Origin: a virus
Lineage: Duplodnaviria > Caudoviricetes
Strand: one strand, 5' to 3'
DNA length: 64,000 nucleotides
Virus record (IMG/VR): IMGVR_UViG_3300031867_000049
Coordinates: 274-64,273 of that record
This document shows, piece after piece, positions 9,607-20,978 of this stretch. The translations under genes were made by a program, and so were the position numbers. Within the stretch, counting starts at the first letter, position 1, and the number at the start of each line of letters is the position of its first letter. The notes beneath the pieces are model-generated. The model had not been told where the DNA came from. It did not search any database and saw only the letters and a program-made list of their open reading frames with translations.

Positions 9607-10032
9607 ATGCTTAAGAAGACTATCAAGTATGTAGATTTTAATGGCGATGAGCAGACTGATGAGTGCTATTTCAACCTCTCAAAGACAGAGCTCACAGAAA
9701 TGGAAGCATCCGAAAAGGGCGGATTTGAGAATTACATCAACGCTCTGATTGCTGAAAAGGATACAAAGAAGATATTCGCCCTTTTCAAGGAAATCGTTCT
9801 TATGAGCTACGGACAGAAGTCTGCAGATGGAACGAAATTTGTTAAGAAGAAAGTCGTTGATGGCCAGATGATAAGACTCAGAGATGAATTTGAGCAGTCT
9901 ATAGCTTTCGACGAACTTATGATGGAGCTTATTAATGGTGGAGATTCTGCAGTAAGTGACTTTATTTCTAAGGTAATTCCTAAGGAAGTCTCAGAGCAGG
10001 TCGCAAAGCAGATGGCGTCCACTAAGGCCTAA
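9607..10032 (+). CDS. Tail assembly chaperone 1
   Basis: Between major tail and tape measure genes; MLKKTIKYVDFNG. Confidence 0.75.
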   Translation: MLKKTIKYVDFNGDEQTDECYFNLSKTELTEMEASEKGGFENYINALIAEKDTKKIFALFKEIVLMSYGQKSADGTKFVKKKVVDGQMIRLRDEFEQSIAFDELMMELINGGDSAVSDFISKVIPKEVSEQVAKQMASTKA

Positions 10033-10053
10033 CTTTTGCATGGAGGGACTAAA

Positions 10054-10596
10054 ATGCTTACAATCACAGTCCCTGGTATGGAATCATATGATCCATTAAC
10101 CGAAACATTCTTCACTACGAAGGAGCAAAAGTTAACATTAGAGCACTCGTTGCTGTCTATAGCCAAATGGGAGGCTAAATGGGGGAAGCCTTTTCTAGAC
10201 CGGAAGGCACCAAAGACACTTGAAGAGAGTAGAGACTATATAAGGTGCATGACAGTAACACAAAATGTTGATCCGCTTGTGTATCTTGCTCTTACAGAGC
10301 AAAACTACAATGATATTTTGGCATATATGGAAAATCCAATGACAGCAACGTGGTTCTCTCAAGACAATAGGCCGCCTGGAAGAGAAATAGTGACCGCCGA
10401 GGTCATTTATTATTATATGGTAGCTCTTCAAATCCCATTTACTTGTGAAAAATGGCATTTCAATAGACTTATGACTTTGATTCGAGTATGTAATGAAAAG
10501 AATAAGCCTCCTAAGAAAATGGGTAAGAAAGCAATAATGTCGAAGAATCAAGCATTAAATGCTGCTAGAAGACAACGTTTAGGTTCTATGGGGTAG
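10054..10596 (+). CDS. Tail assembly chaperone 2
   Basis: Own RBS GGAGGG; LEHSLLSIAKWE...WHFNRLMTLI. Confidence 0.65.
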   Translation: MLTITVPGMESYDPLTETFFTTKEQKLTLEHSLLSIAKWEAKWGKPFLDRKAPKTLEESRDYIRCMTVTQNVDPLVYLALTEQNYNDILAYMENPMTATWFSQDNRPPGREIVTAEVIYYYMVALQIPFTCEKWHFNRLMTLIRVCNEKNKPPKKMGKKAIMSKNQALNAARRQRLGSMG

Positions 10597-10600
10597 CTTA

Positions 10601-10984
10601 ATGTCGTTTATAAAATTTGAACATAAAGGAGATTTCTCTAAAACAGAGAAGTTTCTTAAAAATGCTAAGAATGCAGAATTCTATAAGCATATGGAGCAAT
10701 ATGCTCAGATGGGGGTAGAGGCTTTACGGGAAGCAACCCCGATAGATTCAGGAGAAACAGCAAATAGTTGGACATATGAAATAGATGTTTCAAAGAATTC
10801 TGCTGAAATAACCTGGATCAATACACATACAAATAAAGGTGAGAATATAGCCATCCTTATTCAGTACGGACATGGTACTGGTACGGGTGGCTATGTTTCT
10901 GGTCAGGATTATATCAATCCTGCAATGAAGTCAGTATTTGACAAAATTATAGAGGGTATTTGGAAGGAGGTAACTGAGCTATGA
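10601..10984 (+). CDS. HK97 gp10-like tail completion/neck protein
   Basis: TPIDSGETANSW and QYGHGT motifs. Confidence 0.65.
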   Translation: MSFIKFEHKGDFSKTEKFLKNAKNAEFYKHMEQYAQMGVEALREATPIDSGETANSWTYEIDVSKNSAEITWINTHTNKGENIAILIQYGHGTGTGGYVSGQDYINPAMKSVFDKIIEGIWKEVTEL

Positions 10985-13900
10985 ATAATGTTGAGAATCG
11001 AATAGTTGAGATGAAATTCGACAACGAGCAGTTCGAAGCTGCAGTTGCCAAAACTATGGATACTCTTGACAAATTTAAGCAGAAATTAAATTTTGAAGAT
11101 GCCGGAAAGGGCATGGAAAAGCTTGGTAAAGCCAGCAGTAATTATCAGTATTCTTTGAACGATATTGGTCAGTCGCTTGACCAGCTTAATGGCAGATTTT
11201 CTGCTATGGGCACAATCGGTCGAAGGGTTCTTGAGAACTTGACCGATAAAGCTGTAAATTTCGCCACTAAAGGAATAGGCGGAATGTTTAGTGGAATAAC
11301 ATCTGGAGGTCTTTCAAGAGCGATGAATCTTGAACAGGCCCGTTTCCAGATGCAAGGTATCTATAAAGATGCTAGTAAGGTTAAAAGCGTCATTTATGAT
11401 GATATTTTACCAGAACTGCAGGGAACACCATATTCATTGGACCAGGCCGCTGTTGTAATTGGTCAGCTTGGAGCGTCAGGAATTCAGTCATCTGAAAAAA
11501 TCAGAGAGGCAACAAGAGCCATTGCCGGTCTTGCTGCTATGTCAGGAAGAGGATTTGATGAAGTAGGTCGTATTTTCTCGAAAGTGGCAGGTCAGGGCAA
11601 CATGATGGGAGGAGAGCTACAACAGCTTTCTTCTTATGGTATTAATGCTGCTGCTGATATTTCTAAATATTTTAAGCAGGTTGATAAAGGAACCGCAAGT
11701 GCGAGTGATAGTGTAAAGCAGCACATTGCTGAAATAGCAGACGCTTATGGCGATCTTTCAGAAGGAACCATAAGAGAAGCGGCGTCAAAGCGAATGATCC
11801 ATTATGAGGATATGGCTGCTGCTATGGATACTCTTTATGGCGAGCACGCTAAGAAGTCTACAGAAATGTATACTGGTGCTCTTGAAGACCTTAAAGCGGC
11901 GCTTGCAAGAATTGGCGCTGAGCCAGCTGCTGTTGGGCTTGAAGTTCTTAGAAATGCATTTAATGCTCTTGTTCCAGCTGTTGATGCTGTAAATGCAGTA
12001 CTTAAACCGTTTACAAACGCAACAAAAGGTATTGTTAAGGATGCCAATGGCGATGATATATTTGGCGGCCAGATGTACGGTAAACTTGCAAAAGAGGTTC
12101 AAGGTCTTGGTATTCAGTTTGCTAATCTTTTCGTTCAAATGGATGAAAATGGAAAGATTACCAGATGGACTGACGATAGCATCAAGCAGTTTACTAAAAC
12201 AGTAACTGATGCTGACGGTGCTGTGCATAATATGACCGAGTGGGGCCAAGATGTATCCTCTGGTGACGCAATCATGAATCCTGCTATGTGGCGTACAATT
12301 ACTGCTTCAACTCAGTCATTTGTTAACGTTTTAAAAGCTGTTAGAAATGTTATCGAGCCAATAGCAAGAGGAATAGCTGGTGCATTTCCTAAACTTACGT
12401 TAGAGACAATTGCTAATATGACTGAAGGAATCGAAAGATTTACAAGCCATCTTATTTTAAGCGGAGACAATATGGAGCGCCTTAGGTGGATAACTCAAGG
12501 AATATTTACTCCTATTAGTCTTGCTTTCCAAGGTCTTGTAGCATTAGCCAAAGGTCTTATTAAAGTTCTTGCTAATGTCTATCAGGTTATTTCTCCGGTA
12601 TTAAATGCTATGTTTGCCTTCGCTGCTTCTGTTGGCAAAACGATTTCCGGAATGGGAGATGCGATAAAGTATTTAGTAGGTGATACAGCGGGATTCGCTA
12701 AGTTCGTAGCAAAAATCGCTGTGGGAATTGCTCAATTCTTGCGCTTAGATAAGGCTTTAGGCTTAATCCTTTTTGGTTTTAGCAAGTTAGCTTCGATATT
12801 TGATACCGCAGGAGATAGAATACGGAATTTCGTAAGCAATGCAATTCCTAGGATTCATGATTTTATTAAGAGTGCTGGCGAGATGCTTCGTGTTAAAGAA
12901 GCAGTCAACGCTGTTAAAACTATATTTGAAAACTTAAGATCAAGTCTATCCAAAGCTTTTCATATAGAAGGCATTTCCAAAGGTTTTAAACAGTTTACTG
13001 ACGCACTTAAAGATTTATTTAAAACGGATAATTTATTCGGGAAATTACTTGAAAATCTTCAGAATTTCTTGAAATGGCTTGGTGATCGTATACCGTATCA
13101 GAAAATAGTAGAGAAAGTTAGTAGCGCATTTGACAGACTGGCAACATCAGTAGGAAGACTTACTAAGAAGCCTGCTGGAGCTATCAAGCAATTCTTTATT
13201 GACTGGGCTAATGATATTAAGGAATTTATAAAGAATCTTGATAAAGGTAATGCTTTCCAGGTTCTTGCTAAGAGTATGATTCCTGTCTATAAATCATTTA
13301 AAAATATACAGAGCAATTTTAAACAAATAATAAAGCCTCTTGGAAAGTCGATAGCCGAATTAATTCCTAAACTGTTTGGTTTTAAAACTTTTGGGGATAT
13401 GGTGCAGACAGTTGCATCAAAAATAGCATCGGCTATAAAAGTGTTCCTAGAATTTATTGGCATTCTTGGAGGCATAGCTCGCGCAAAAACAAGTGAGCAG
13501 GTATCGAAACTATCGGATAGTCTTAGTAACCTTTTCGACACCAAGATTCTTGCAGGAGCTAAAGCATTAGGTAAGTCATTAAGCATGACTGGAGAAGGCT
13601 TTGCCGCCGGACTTGTAAAAGTAGGTGAATGGATCAGAGACACTCTTACTAATATGTCTCCAGCTTCTGTTAAGAAATTTATTTATACTGTAACGCTTCT
13701 TATACTTGCATACCGATATATGGGCATGCTTCGCTCACTTAAATGGGCAGGAGAAGCATTTGCAGGCCTTCTAAAGGATTTTGGTAGCTTAATGAATGGA
13801 TTAGCAGGCGGCTTTGGACTTAGAAGTTTAGCCACAGCTATTGCAAATACAGTAAAGCTTACTGGTTTAGCTACTGCTTTACTTATATTTGCAGGAGCAG

Positions 13901-16788
13901 TATTCGTCCTTGGCAAGATGGACTGGCAGACAGTTCTCGTCGGAAGCGGTATATTATTGGCCGCTATGCTTAGTTATTTAGGAATTATGCAAGTCCTGAA
14001 TAAAATGGATCTCAATAAAGGTGGTGCCGAGAAAGTCCGAAATCTTGCTTTATCTATGGCAGCAATTGGCGGAGGATGCCTCCTGCTCGTAGAGGCTATT
14101 AAGCAACTTTCAAGCGTGTGGGATCGAGAGCACCCGGACAAATTAATAGCTCCGATTATTTCGATTACATGGTTAATGATTGCTTTTGTTGCAGCCGCTC
14201 GAGTACTTGGTGGTATTGATGGTGCAAAGAACACAGTAGCACTTGGCAAAGCATCGTTTGCTATTATCGGTATTGCTCAGGGTATGAAAATGATGGCTGA
14301 AGCTTGTCAGGAATTCGGCGAGGTTGATCCTGATCATTTTGAGCAGGGGCTTGAAGCAATCATCATGATTATGGCTTTCTTCTCATTATTTGCTGTATCT
14401 GTAAGATCAGGAGCAAAAGTGTTCTCGGCTGCCGCAGGTATGATGGTTTTGGCGGCAACGCTGATGGTTATACAGAAAGTTCTTGACACTTTCGGGAATA
14501 TGAAGCCAAAGGTGTTGGAACAGGGAGGAAATGCCATAGGAACAATTCTTGCGGGTCTTACAGCATTTTCATTAGTTGCCGGTAGAGCTGAGAAAGGTAT
14601 ATTTGGCGCTGCTGTTGGAATGGTGGCAGTTGCTGGTTCGATAATGATAATAGCTGATGCTATGAATAAGATTGGGTCATTAGATGAAGGCCAATTTGCT
14701 CAGGCATTAGCTACATTAATAGCTATATTTGTTGGCTTTGCTGTTATATCTAGTAAAGCCGGAGGTGTACAAGGAGCGGCTGCAGGTGGAAGTTTCCTTC
14801 TTATGGCGGCTGGAATTTTAGCATTAGCATATGCATTCCAGGTTCTTGCATCTGTTAATCCGCTTCAAATACTTGCAGGCATGGGTGAGATGCTTGCAAT
14901 TTGCTGGGCGGTTGCTCAGGGAATAATTATTCTTAAGGCTGCGATTGAGTCGTTAGATCTTGAGGATGCTGCCAATTTAACATTAATTGGCGCAGGCTTA
15001 TTCTTATTAGCTAATGCAATTGGTATATTAGCCGGAATCCCAATTGCTGCATTTGCTATAGCGATTTTAGGACTTGCCGGAGCATTAGTTGTTTTAGGAC
15101 TTGGCATGAGCCTTTTCACTGCTATAGCTCCGGGGCTTTTGGTTGTAGCGGGCGCATTTGCACTTCTTGGTGTTGGCGCATTATTTGTTGGTGCCGGTTT
15201 GATGTTCTTGACGCTTGCATTAGCATCGCTTATACCGCTTTTATTATCGCTAAGTGTTGTTGACCAGCAGGCGCTTGTTCAGGGACTTCAAGTACTTGGA
15301 ACGGTGGCTAAGAGTCTGGCTGAAATGTTCTTTACTTTAGCTAAGGGCGTTCTTGCATTTGGTGCTGCATGCATTGTTTCTGGTATAGGATTAGTTCTGA
15401 TCGGTGCCGGACTTGCAGCGATCGGTGTCGGTGCAGGTCTTGCTGCTTTAGGTGTTGCGTTATTTGCAGGCGCTTTAGCATTACTTGCAATAACGATTCA
15501 GAAGTTCTTTGGCGGTGGCTTACTTGAGATGATTTCTGGCGGATTCGAATCATTTGCCGGAGGCTTCGGAAGTCTTGTTAAAGGCCTTTGGCAGAAAATC
15601 AAAGGTGATTCAGTTACAGAGGCTGGAACAACCGGCGAGGAAATGGGCAAAGCAATGCAGGATGGCGCCGTAAAGGGAGCAACGTCTAAGCAAGATAAAG
15701 TCAAAGATACATTAACAAGTGGACCTGAAGATGCACTTTCCGAAATTAAAGGAATGTATCCGGAATTTTCTACATCCGGAGGCGATTTAAATGCGATGCT
15801 TGCTGAAGGTTATGGCGATGGTACGCCGCTTTCGGATGCACTTGGTGGCGATTTAACGGAATTTAGCAAGCTCCTTGGCAATCAGGAATTGGATGCTTAT
15901 ATGAAATCTAATGGCATTTCCGGTGCCCTTGGCAAAGGTTATGATTCTTCAGAGTTTCTTAAGCAAATCGATCAAACTAAGAAGGATACGGCTAGTAAGC
16001 TTGGAACAATTCCTGGAATTGCCAGTAAGCAGGGAAGTAACACTGGTTCGAGTCTTGCTTCAGGAGAAAGAAGTAAACGCGGTGATGTTGCTTCCGCAAC
16101 TGCTTCTCTTAACAGTGCGGCAAAGCCTGCTGACCAGTCCGGTAAAGCATACAATATAGGTAGTGGTATCGCCAGCGGACTTGCTAGTGGTATTAATAGT
16201 GGTTCTTGGGCTGTTAAATCTGCAGCAACAACTGCGGTTAACAATGCTATTGCAGCAGCTAAAGCAGCTGCCCAAGTAAACTCACCTTCAAAGAGAACGA
16301 TTCCAATTGGTAGTGCTATTGGTGAGGGACTTGCTGTCGGTATGAATCGTAGCCAAAGAATGGTATCGCATGCCGCTACCGATTTGACCAATGAAGGCGT
16401 CAATGCCGTTGCGACAGCTATGCAGCAAGCTGCTAGTCTTTTCGACACAGACATGGATTTCAATCCGACAATTACCCCGGTGGTAGATTTGTCAGAAGTC
16501 CGCCAAAGCGCTAATAGTATTGGATCCATGCTTGGAGGAAACTTTGGATTAACAACACCGTATTCTGGTTTTGTTAATGCTCAGATGGCTGCTTCAACAT
16601 TTCAAAATGGATCTAATTCTCCAGAGTTTGATGCTATTAATAAGCTTGCAAAGGAAATCGGTTCCATGAACGAAACTATGAATGCTCGTCAGCTTGTAAA
16701 TAATATCCATATCGAAGGCTCTGAAGACCCAGACGCCTTTGCCGATAGATTAACACGTAGATTTAGATTGAATGCGAGGACAATATAA
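10981..16788 (+). CDS. Tape measure protein
   Basis: 1935 aa, Ala/Gly-rich helical with long hydrophobic central region; follows chaperones. Confidence 0.95.
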   Translation: MNNVENRIVEMKFDNEQFEAAVAKTMDTLDKFKQKLNFEDAGKGMEKLGKASSNYQYSLNDIGQSLDQLNGRFSAMGTIGRRVLENLTDKAVNFATKGIGGMFSGITSGGLSRAMNLEQARFQMQGIYKDASKVKSVIYDDILPELQGTPYSLDQAAVVIGQLGASGIQSSEKIREATRAIAGLAAMSGRGFDEVGRIFSKVAGQGNMMGGELQQLSSYGINAAADISKYFKQVDKGTASASDSVKQHIAEIADAYGDLSEGTIREAASKRMIHYEDMAAAMDTLYGEHAKKSTEMYTGALEDLKAALARIGAEPAAVGLEVLRNAFNALVPAVDAVNAVLKPFTNATKGIVKDANGDDIFGGQMYGKLAKEVQGLGIQFANLFVQMDENGKITRWTDDSIKQFTKTVTDADGAVHNMTEWGQDVSSGDAIMNPAMWRTITASTQSFVNVLKAVRNVIEPIARGIAGAFPKLTLETIANMTEGIERFTSHLILSGDNMERLRWITQGIFTPISLAFQGLVALAKGLIKVLANVYQVISPVLNAMFAFAASVGKTISGMGDAIKYLVGDTAGFAKFVAKIAVGIAQFLRLDKALGLILFGFSKLASIFDTAGDRIRNFVSNAIPRIHDFIKSAGEMLRVKEAVNAVKTIFENLRSSLSKAFHIEGISKGFKQFTDALKDLFKTDNLFGKLLENLQNFLKWLGDRIPYQKIVEKVSSAFDRLATSVGRLTKKPAGAIKQFFIDWANDIKEFIKNLDKGNAFQVLAKSMIPVYKSFKNIQSNFKQIIKPLGKSIAELIPKLFGFKTFGDMVQTVASKIASAIKVFLEFIGILGGIARAKTSEQVSKLSDSLSNLFDTKILAGAKALGKSLSMTGEGFAAGLVKVGEWIRDTLTNMSPASVKKFIYTVTLLILAYRYMGMLRSLKWAGEAFAGLLKDFGSLMNGLAGGFGLRSLATAIANTVKLTGLATALLIFAGAVFVLGKMDWQTVLVGSGILLAAMLSYLGIMQVLNKMDLNKGGAEKVRNLALSMAAIGGGCLLLVEAIKQLSSVWDREHPDKLIAPIISITWLMIAFVAAARVLGGIDGAKNTVALGKASFAIIGIAQGMKMMAEACQEFGEVDPDHFEQGLEAIIMIMAFFSLFAVSVRSGAKVFSAAAGMMVLAATLMVIQKVLDTFGNMKPKVLEQGGNAIGTILAGLTAFSLVAGRAEKGIFGAAVGMVAVAGSIMIIADAMNKIGSLDEGQFAQALATLIAIFVGFAVISSKAGGVQGAAAGGSFLLMAAGILALAYAFQVLASVNPLQILAGMGEMLAICWAVAQGIIILKAAIESLDLEDAANLTLIGAGLFLLANAIGILAGIPIAAFAIAILGLAGALVVLGLGMSLFTAIAPGLLVVAGAFALLGVGALFVGAGLMFLTLALASLIPLLLSLSVVDQQALVQGLQVLGTVAKSLAEMFFTLAKGVLAFGAACIVSGIGLVLIGAGLAAIGVGAGLAALGVALFAGALALLAITIQKFFGGGLLEMISGGFESFAGGFGSLVKGLWQKIKGDSVTEAGTTGEEMGKAMQDGAVKGATSKQDKVKDTLTSGPEDALSEIKGMYPEFSTSGGDLNAMLAEGYGDGTPLSDALGGDLTEFSKLLGNQELDAYMKSNGISGALGKGYDSSEFLKQIDQTKKDTASKLGTIPGIASKQGSNTGSSLASGERSKRGDVASATASLNSAAKPADQSGKAYNIGSGIASGLASGINSGSWAVKSAATTAVNNAIAAAKAAAQVNSPSKRTIPIGSAIGEGLAVGMNRSQRMVSHAATDLTNEGVNAVATAMQQAASLFDTDMDFNPTITPVVDLSEVRQSANSIGSMLGGNFGLTTPYSGFVNAQMAASTFQNGSNSPEFDAINKLAKEIGSMNETMNARQLVNNIHIEGSEDPDAFADRLTRRFRLNARTI

Positions 16789-19700
16789 TGGCTAAAAAAC
16801 CAACTGTTGTTGCGACAAAGAAGCCAACCGGCATGAGTATAACTCGCAACGGAAATGTTTTTACGTTTTCCTGGAAAATCGGCGATTCGGATTATGATGA
16901 TGGGCAGATGTTCTATTGGAATCTGAATAATAAGCGCCAGTGGGGAGCAAAGAAAATAGGTGTTAAAACAACAACATATGTGACGAAGATAGATTTGAGC
17001 AAGGTAGCGTGCAGAACTATTCGATTTGCAGTTCAGGGAAATAAAAAGAAACAAAAAAAGAGTAATCCTGGATGGTCGGGTTATCAAGTCAAAGACTATA
17101 CTATGCATCCTCCTAAAAACCCAAGAGTTACATATACTCTTGATTCGGAAAATGCATATTGTGGTACTTTTTCATGGGAAATTCCAGATGTTAACACGAC
17201 CAATAGTTATCATTTTAGAAAATATGAATGGCAATCAATTCTTGTTTCTAAATGGAATAGCAAAGATCCACCGGTAAAATGGACAGCAGAAGCTTCAGCA
17301 GATGGCCAAATCTTTAAGAATGAGGGTAGTGGCGTTTCTGGCAGTAAATTAATAAAAGAAAATAGTGCTCGTTGGAATAATATCGATGCTTCATATTCAA
17401 GATGGTTTAGAGTCAGAGCGATTGGCGCAGGCGGGACTACAGAATGGAAGTACTCGTATCATGTATATGCACTACCGAGAGCTTCAGAAAATGTTACTGC
17501 TATAGCAACACCTACATCTGGAGACTCTGGTTATACTATTACCGCACGGTGGACGGCACCTGAAAGTATACCATATCCAATCGAAAACGATTTGATTATG
17601 TATGCCATTGTTAAACCGAGAACCGCAGTTACAAAATCTGGCGATACTATGGTTACAACAATGGACTACCCTGTCGAAAGCCCTAGTTGGACTCAGGCAG
17701 GCATGATTCGTGATACGGGTGACGGAGATGCAATGACCTTTTCTATACCAGAAGTTCTATCAGATGATGAGTGCATATTTGTAAAAATTGATACAAAACA
17801 TGATTCATTTATCACTTCTGGCGCTCCTGTACTAGTAGAAAATGGCGTTGGCAATCTTCCGGATCCGGTAGTTACTTCAATAACATCTAATCCATCTACT
17901 CATAGAATCACCGTTTCTGCGCAGAATACTTCAGACCTCGAAGCATCTTTCTTAGCTATATATTATAGAACAGAAGATGCTCCTGATGCGTATCAGACAA
18001 TTGGTGTTTTAAAGCACTCCGAACAGCAGGGGACATTTCAGTGCCCTAATTGGGGTGATAAAGCATTTTCGATTGGTATTCAGTCGTTTATTGCGGACTA
18101 TTCTCCTGCTGAAAAAGCGTCAAGCGGAATCACAAATTATACAATAACAAACATTCGTATGACGTCAGACATCATATGGGATGAAGGTTCTGTTCCAAAG
18201 CCCCCAAAATCAGTAGAACTTTTGCCGATTAATTCGACCACAATCCGAGTTCTTTGGGATTGGACCTGGACAGAAGCAAATAAAGCTGAAATTTCATGGG
18301 CCGATCATGCTGATGCTTGGGAGTCGACCGATGGGCCTCAGACTTACGAGGTTACAAATGTTCATACAGGAGCATGGAATATCGCAGGACTTTCTGTTGG
18401 TACTTGGTATGTTAGAGTTCGATTGATTCGTGAGCAGGAAAACAGTACCATATATGGCTTATATTCCGATGCTAAGACCATAAAGCTTTCATCTGCTCCG
18501 GCTATTCCATCATTGGTTCTTTCTAGTGGCGTTGTGGCTGAAGATGGAGAGGTAACGTGCTACTGGGCTTATACGTCGACGGATGGAACTGCTCAGATGC
18601 AGGCTGATATTTGTGAAGCAACTTACGATGAAACCACACAAAAGTATTCCTATGGCGACATAATTGATAAAACCGCATCTGCTCAGCACATTACATTATC
18701 TATATCAAGGCTGGGATGGCATGCAGGAGAGCTTCACTATCTTGCAGTTAGAGTTATTTCTGCTTCTGGAGAACAGTCTCAGGGTTGGTCCTCACCAGTA
18801 CCTGTACGTGTAGCAGAGCCTTTAACTGTTGCATTCGATAGTACATCTCTGGTAAACAAGACGATAGTTATTGACGAAGAAACATCAGCTTCTGAGTTAT
18901 CGCTGACACAACTTCCTCTGACTTTTACTGTCAATAGCAATGGAGCGTGCAGTAGTATTACCGTTGTGATAGAACGTTCTGAAGATTATCATATGGATCG
19001 TCCTGATGAAAGTAATTTCGATGGCTACGAGGGAGAAATGGTAGTGACTAAGACCTTTGAAGGCGATGGAAATTATGAAATAGCAGTAGAGGATCTTATA
19101 GGCTATCTTGATGATAACGCTAAATATCGTTTAATTGCGATGGGTAAGGATGCATACGGTCAAGCAGCAACATCTGAACCAATAAACTTTACAGTTCATT
19201 GGGACCATCAGGCTGTTGTTCCGTCTGCTCAGTGTGAAATGGACAATCAGCATTATGCGTCCATTCTTACTCCGCTTTTGCCTGAGGGATATGAAAAGCA
19301 GCCCGGAGATGTTTGTGATATTTATAGGTTATCCATTGACGCCCCGGAACTTATTTATGAGAATGCTGAATTTGGTGAGAGATATGTTGACCCGTATCCT
19401 ACTATTGGAGATATGGGTGGACATAGGTTCGTATTTAAGACGGCAAATGGTGACTACACAACAGAGGATAACACAATCGCGTGGTATGATACTCGAAATG
19501 ACGATGGCGACTTTCTTGATATTTTTACAGTGCTTATAGATTATAATGGTGAACAAGTCTCGTTGCCATTTAATGTTCAGCTTTCAAATAGATGGGCTAA
19601 AGATTTCCAGCAAACAAACTATCTTGGCGGATCAACGCAAGGCGATTGGAATCCGGCAGTCAATAGAACAGGATCTGTTACTACTGTTGGAATCGTAACG

Positions 19701-19955
19701 GATGAATTCGGCGATGAAGAATTAGATGGCACTATAGAATCAGTAAGGCGTCTTGCTACATATCCTGGTATATGTCATGTAAGAACTCCGGATGGATCCA
19801 GCTATTCGGCGAATATTAATGTAACTGAAGACAGAGAAGAAAAGATGATAAATAAATTAGCCAAATACTCGCTTGAGATAACAGCCGTTGACTCTCAGGA
19901 GCTTGACGGAGTTACTTATGAGGTTTGGCAGGAAATGCACCAAGGAGAAGAATAA
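16788..19955 (+). CDS. Minor tail protein with fibronectin-III/Ig-like domains
   Basis: 1055 aa, Trp/Tyr beta-strand repeats (IRVLWDW, WYVRVR); directly after TMP. Confidence 0.75.
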   Translation: MAKKPTVVATKKPTGMSITRNGNVFTFSWKIGDSDYDDGQMFYWNLNNKRQWGAKKIGVKTTTYVTKIDLSKVACRTIRFAVQGNKKKQKKSNPGWSGYQVKDYTMHPPKNPRVTYTLDSENAYCGTFSWEIPDVNTTNSYHFRKYEWQSILVSKWNSKDPPVKWTAEASADGQIFKNEGSGVSGSKLIKENSARWNNIDASYSRWFRVRAIGAGGTTEWKYSYHVYALPRASENVTAIATPTSGDSGYTITARWTAPESIPYPIENDLIMYAIVKPRTAVTKSGDTMVTTMDYPVESPSWTQAGMIRDTGDGDAMTFSIPEVLSDDECIFVKIDTKHDSFITSGAPVLVENGVGNLPDPVVTSITSNPSTHRITVSAQNTSDLEASFLAIYYRTEDAPDAYQTIGVLKHSEQQGTFQCPNWGDKAFSIGIQSFIADYSPAEKASSGITNYTITNIRMTSDIIWDEGSVPKPPKSVELLPINSTTIRVLWDWTWTEANKAEISWADHADAWESTDGPQTYEVTNVHTGAWNIAGLSVGTWYVRVRLIREQENSTIYGLYSDAKTIKLSSAPAIPSLVLSSGVVAEDGEVTCYWAYTSTDGTAQMQADICEATYDETTQKYSYGDIIDKTASAQHITLSISRLGWHAGELHYLAVRVISASGEQSQGWSSPVPVRVAEPLTVAFDSTSLVNKTIVIDEETSASELSLTQLPLTFTVNSNGACSSITVVIERSEDYHMDRPDESNFDGYEGEMVVTKTFEGDGNYEIAVEDLIGYLDDNAKYRLIAMGKDAYGQAATSEPINFTVHWDHQAVVPSAQCEMDNQHYASILTPLLPEGYEKQPGDVCDIYRLSIDAPELIYENAEFGERYVDPYPTIGDMGGHRFVFKTANGDYTTEDNTIAWYDTRNDDGDFLDIFTVLIDYNGEQVSLPFNVQLSNRWAKDFQQTNYLGGSTQGDWNPAVNRTGSVTTVGIVTDEFGDEELDGTIESVRRLATYPGICHVRTPDGSSYSANINVTEDREEKMINKLAKYSLEITAVDSQELDGVTYEVWQEMHQGEE

Positions 19956-19958
19956 TAA

Positions 19959-20978
19959 ATGGACTGGCGAAAAGGATTTAGCTCCCGGTATTACATCACA
20001 ATAGTTGATCAAGATACCTGGAAAGATATCAAGAGACTCGAGATTACTGGGGGCTCAATCAGGCGGTCCTCAACTGATCTTAGGCATTCCGCAGATTTAA
20101 CTGTAGTCAATTACAATGAAACCGGAGAAAAACTTATAAGAGTATGGTTTGACGCTAAGCAGAATAGCGAATCAAGCCATACTCCTTTGTTTACAGGGTA
20201 TGCGACATCTCCCGGACGTGACATTAATGGGATGCGCGTGAGTAACTCACTTCAGTGTTACTCTGTTTTAAAAGCGGCAGATGATGTACGACTTCCAAAG
20301 GGCTGGTACGCTCCTGCAGGAGCAAGCGCTGTTTGGCAAATACAGGAGCTTTTAAAGGTCACAAAAGCCCCGGTGAGAATTTTGGGAAATACCTCTGATC
20401 TCTCTAAAATTAATTTAAAGAAAGCCATTGTTGCTGAGCAAAACGAGACAAACCTATCAATGATTGAAGTTCTCTTAAAAACTATAAACTGGAGAATGAC
20501 ATTAACAGGGCAAGGTGAAATAGTCTTAGATAATTATCCGAAAGAGGCGGCCGTTGTGTTCGACTCGAGGGAACATGACGTGTTGGAACCGTCATTATCA
20601 GATGATTACGACTGGTTTGATTGCCCTAATGTATTTAGAGCAGTAATGGATGATGATTATGCTGAAGCTCGAGATGAAGATCCGAATTCTCCTTTATCAA
20701 TTCAAAATAGAGGAAGAGAAGTATGGGCAGAAGAAAGTTCATGCAGTTTGAATGAGAATGAAACTCTAGCTGAATATGCACGAAGACGATTAAAAGAACT
20801 TCAAAAGGTAGGAAGAGTTGTCAGCTATGACAGAAGATTCAGACCCGATCTAACAGTAACAGACCTTGTAAGACTTAATTATCCAGCTCAGAAAATTACA
20901 GGGACTTTTGTTGTCACATCACAGGGAATCGATCTTGGTTTTGGAGCTAAGACAAGTGAGGAGGTAATGCAGGTATGA
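19959..20978 (+). CDS. Minor tail/baseplate hub protein
   Basis: 339 aa; position in tail tip module. Confidence 0.6.
   Translation: MDWRKGFSSRYYITIVDQDTWKDIKRLEITGGSIRRSSTDLRHSADLTVVNYNETGEKLIRVWFDAKQNSESSHTPLFTGYATSPGRDINGMRVSNSLQCYSVLKAADDVRLPKGWYAPAGASAVWQIQELLKVTKAPVRILGNTSDLSKINLKKAIVAEQNETNLSMIEVLLKTINWRMTLTGQGEIVLDNYPKEAAVVFDSREHDVLEPSLSDDYDWFDCPNVFRAVMDDDYAEARDEDPNSPLSIQNRGREVWAEESSCSLNENETLAEYARRRLKELQKVGRVVSYDRRFRPDLTVTDLVRLNYPAQKITGTFVVTSQGIDLGFGAKTSEEVMQV

Noticed and set aside
9990-10060. Programmed frameshift between tail chaperones
   Set aside because: No clear slippery heptamer near the first stop; the second ORF has its own RBS
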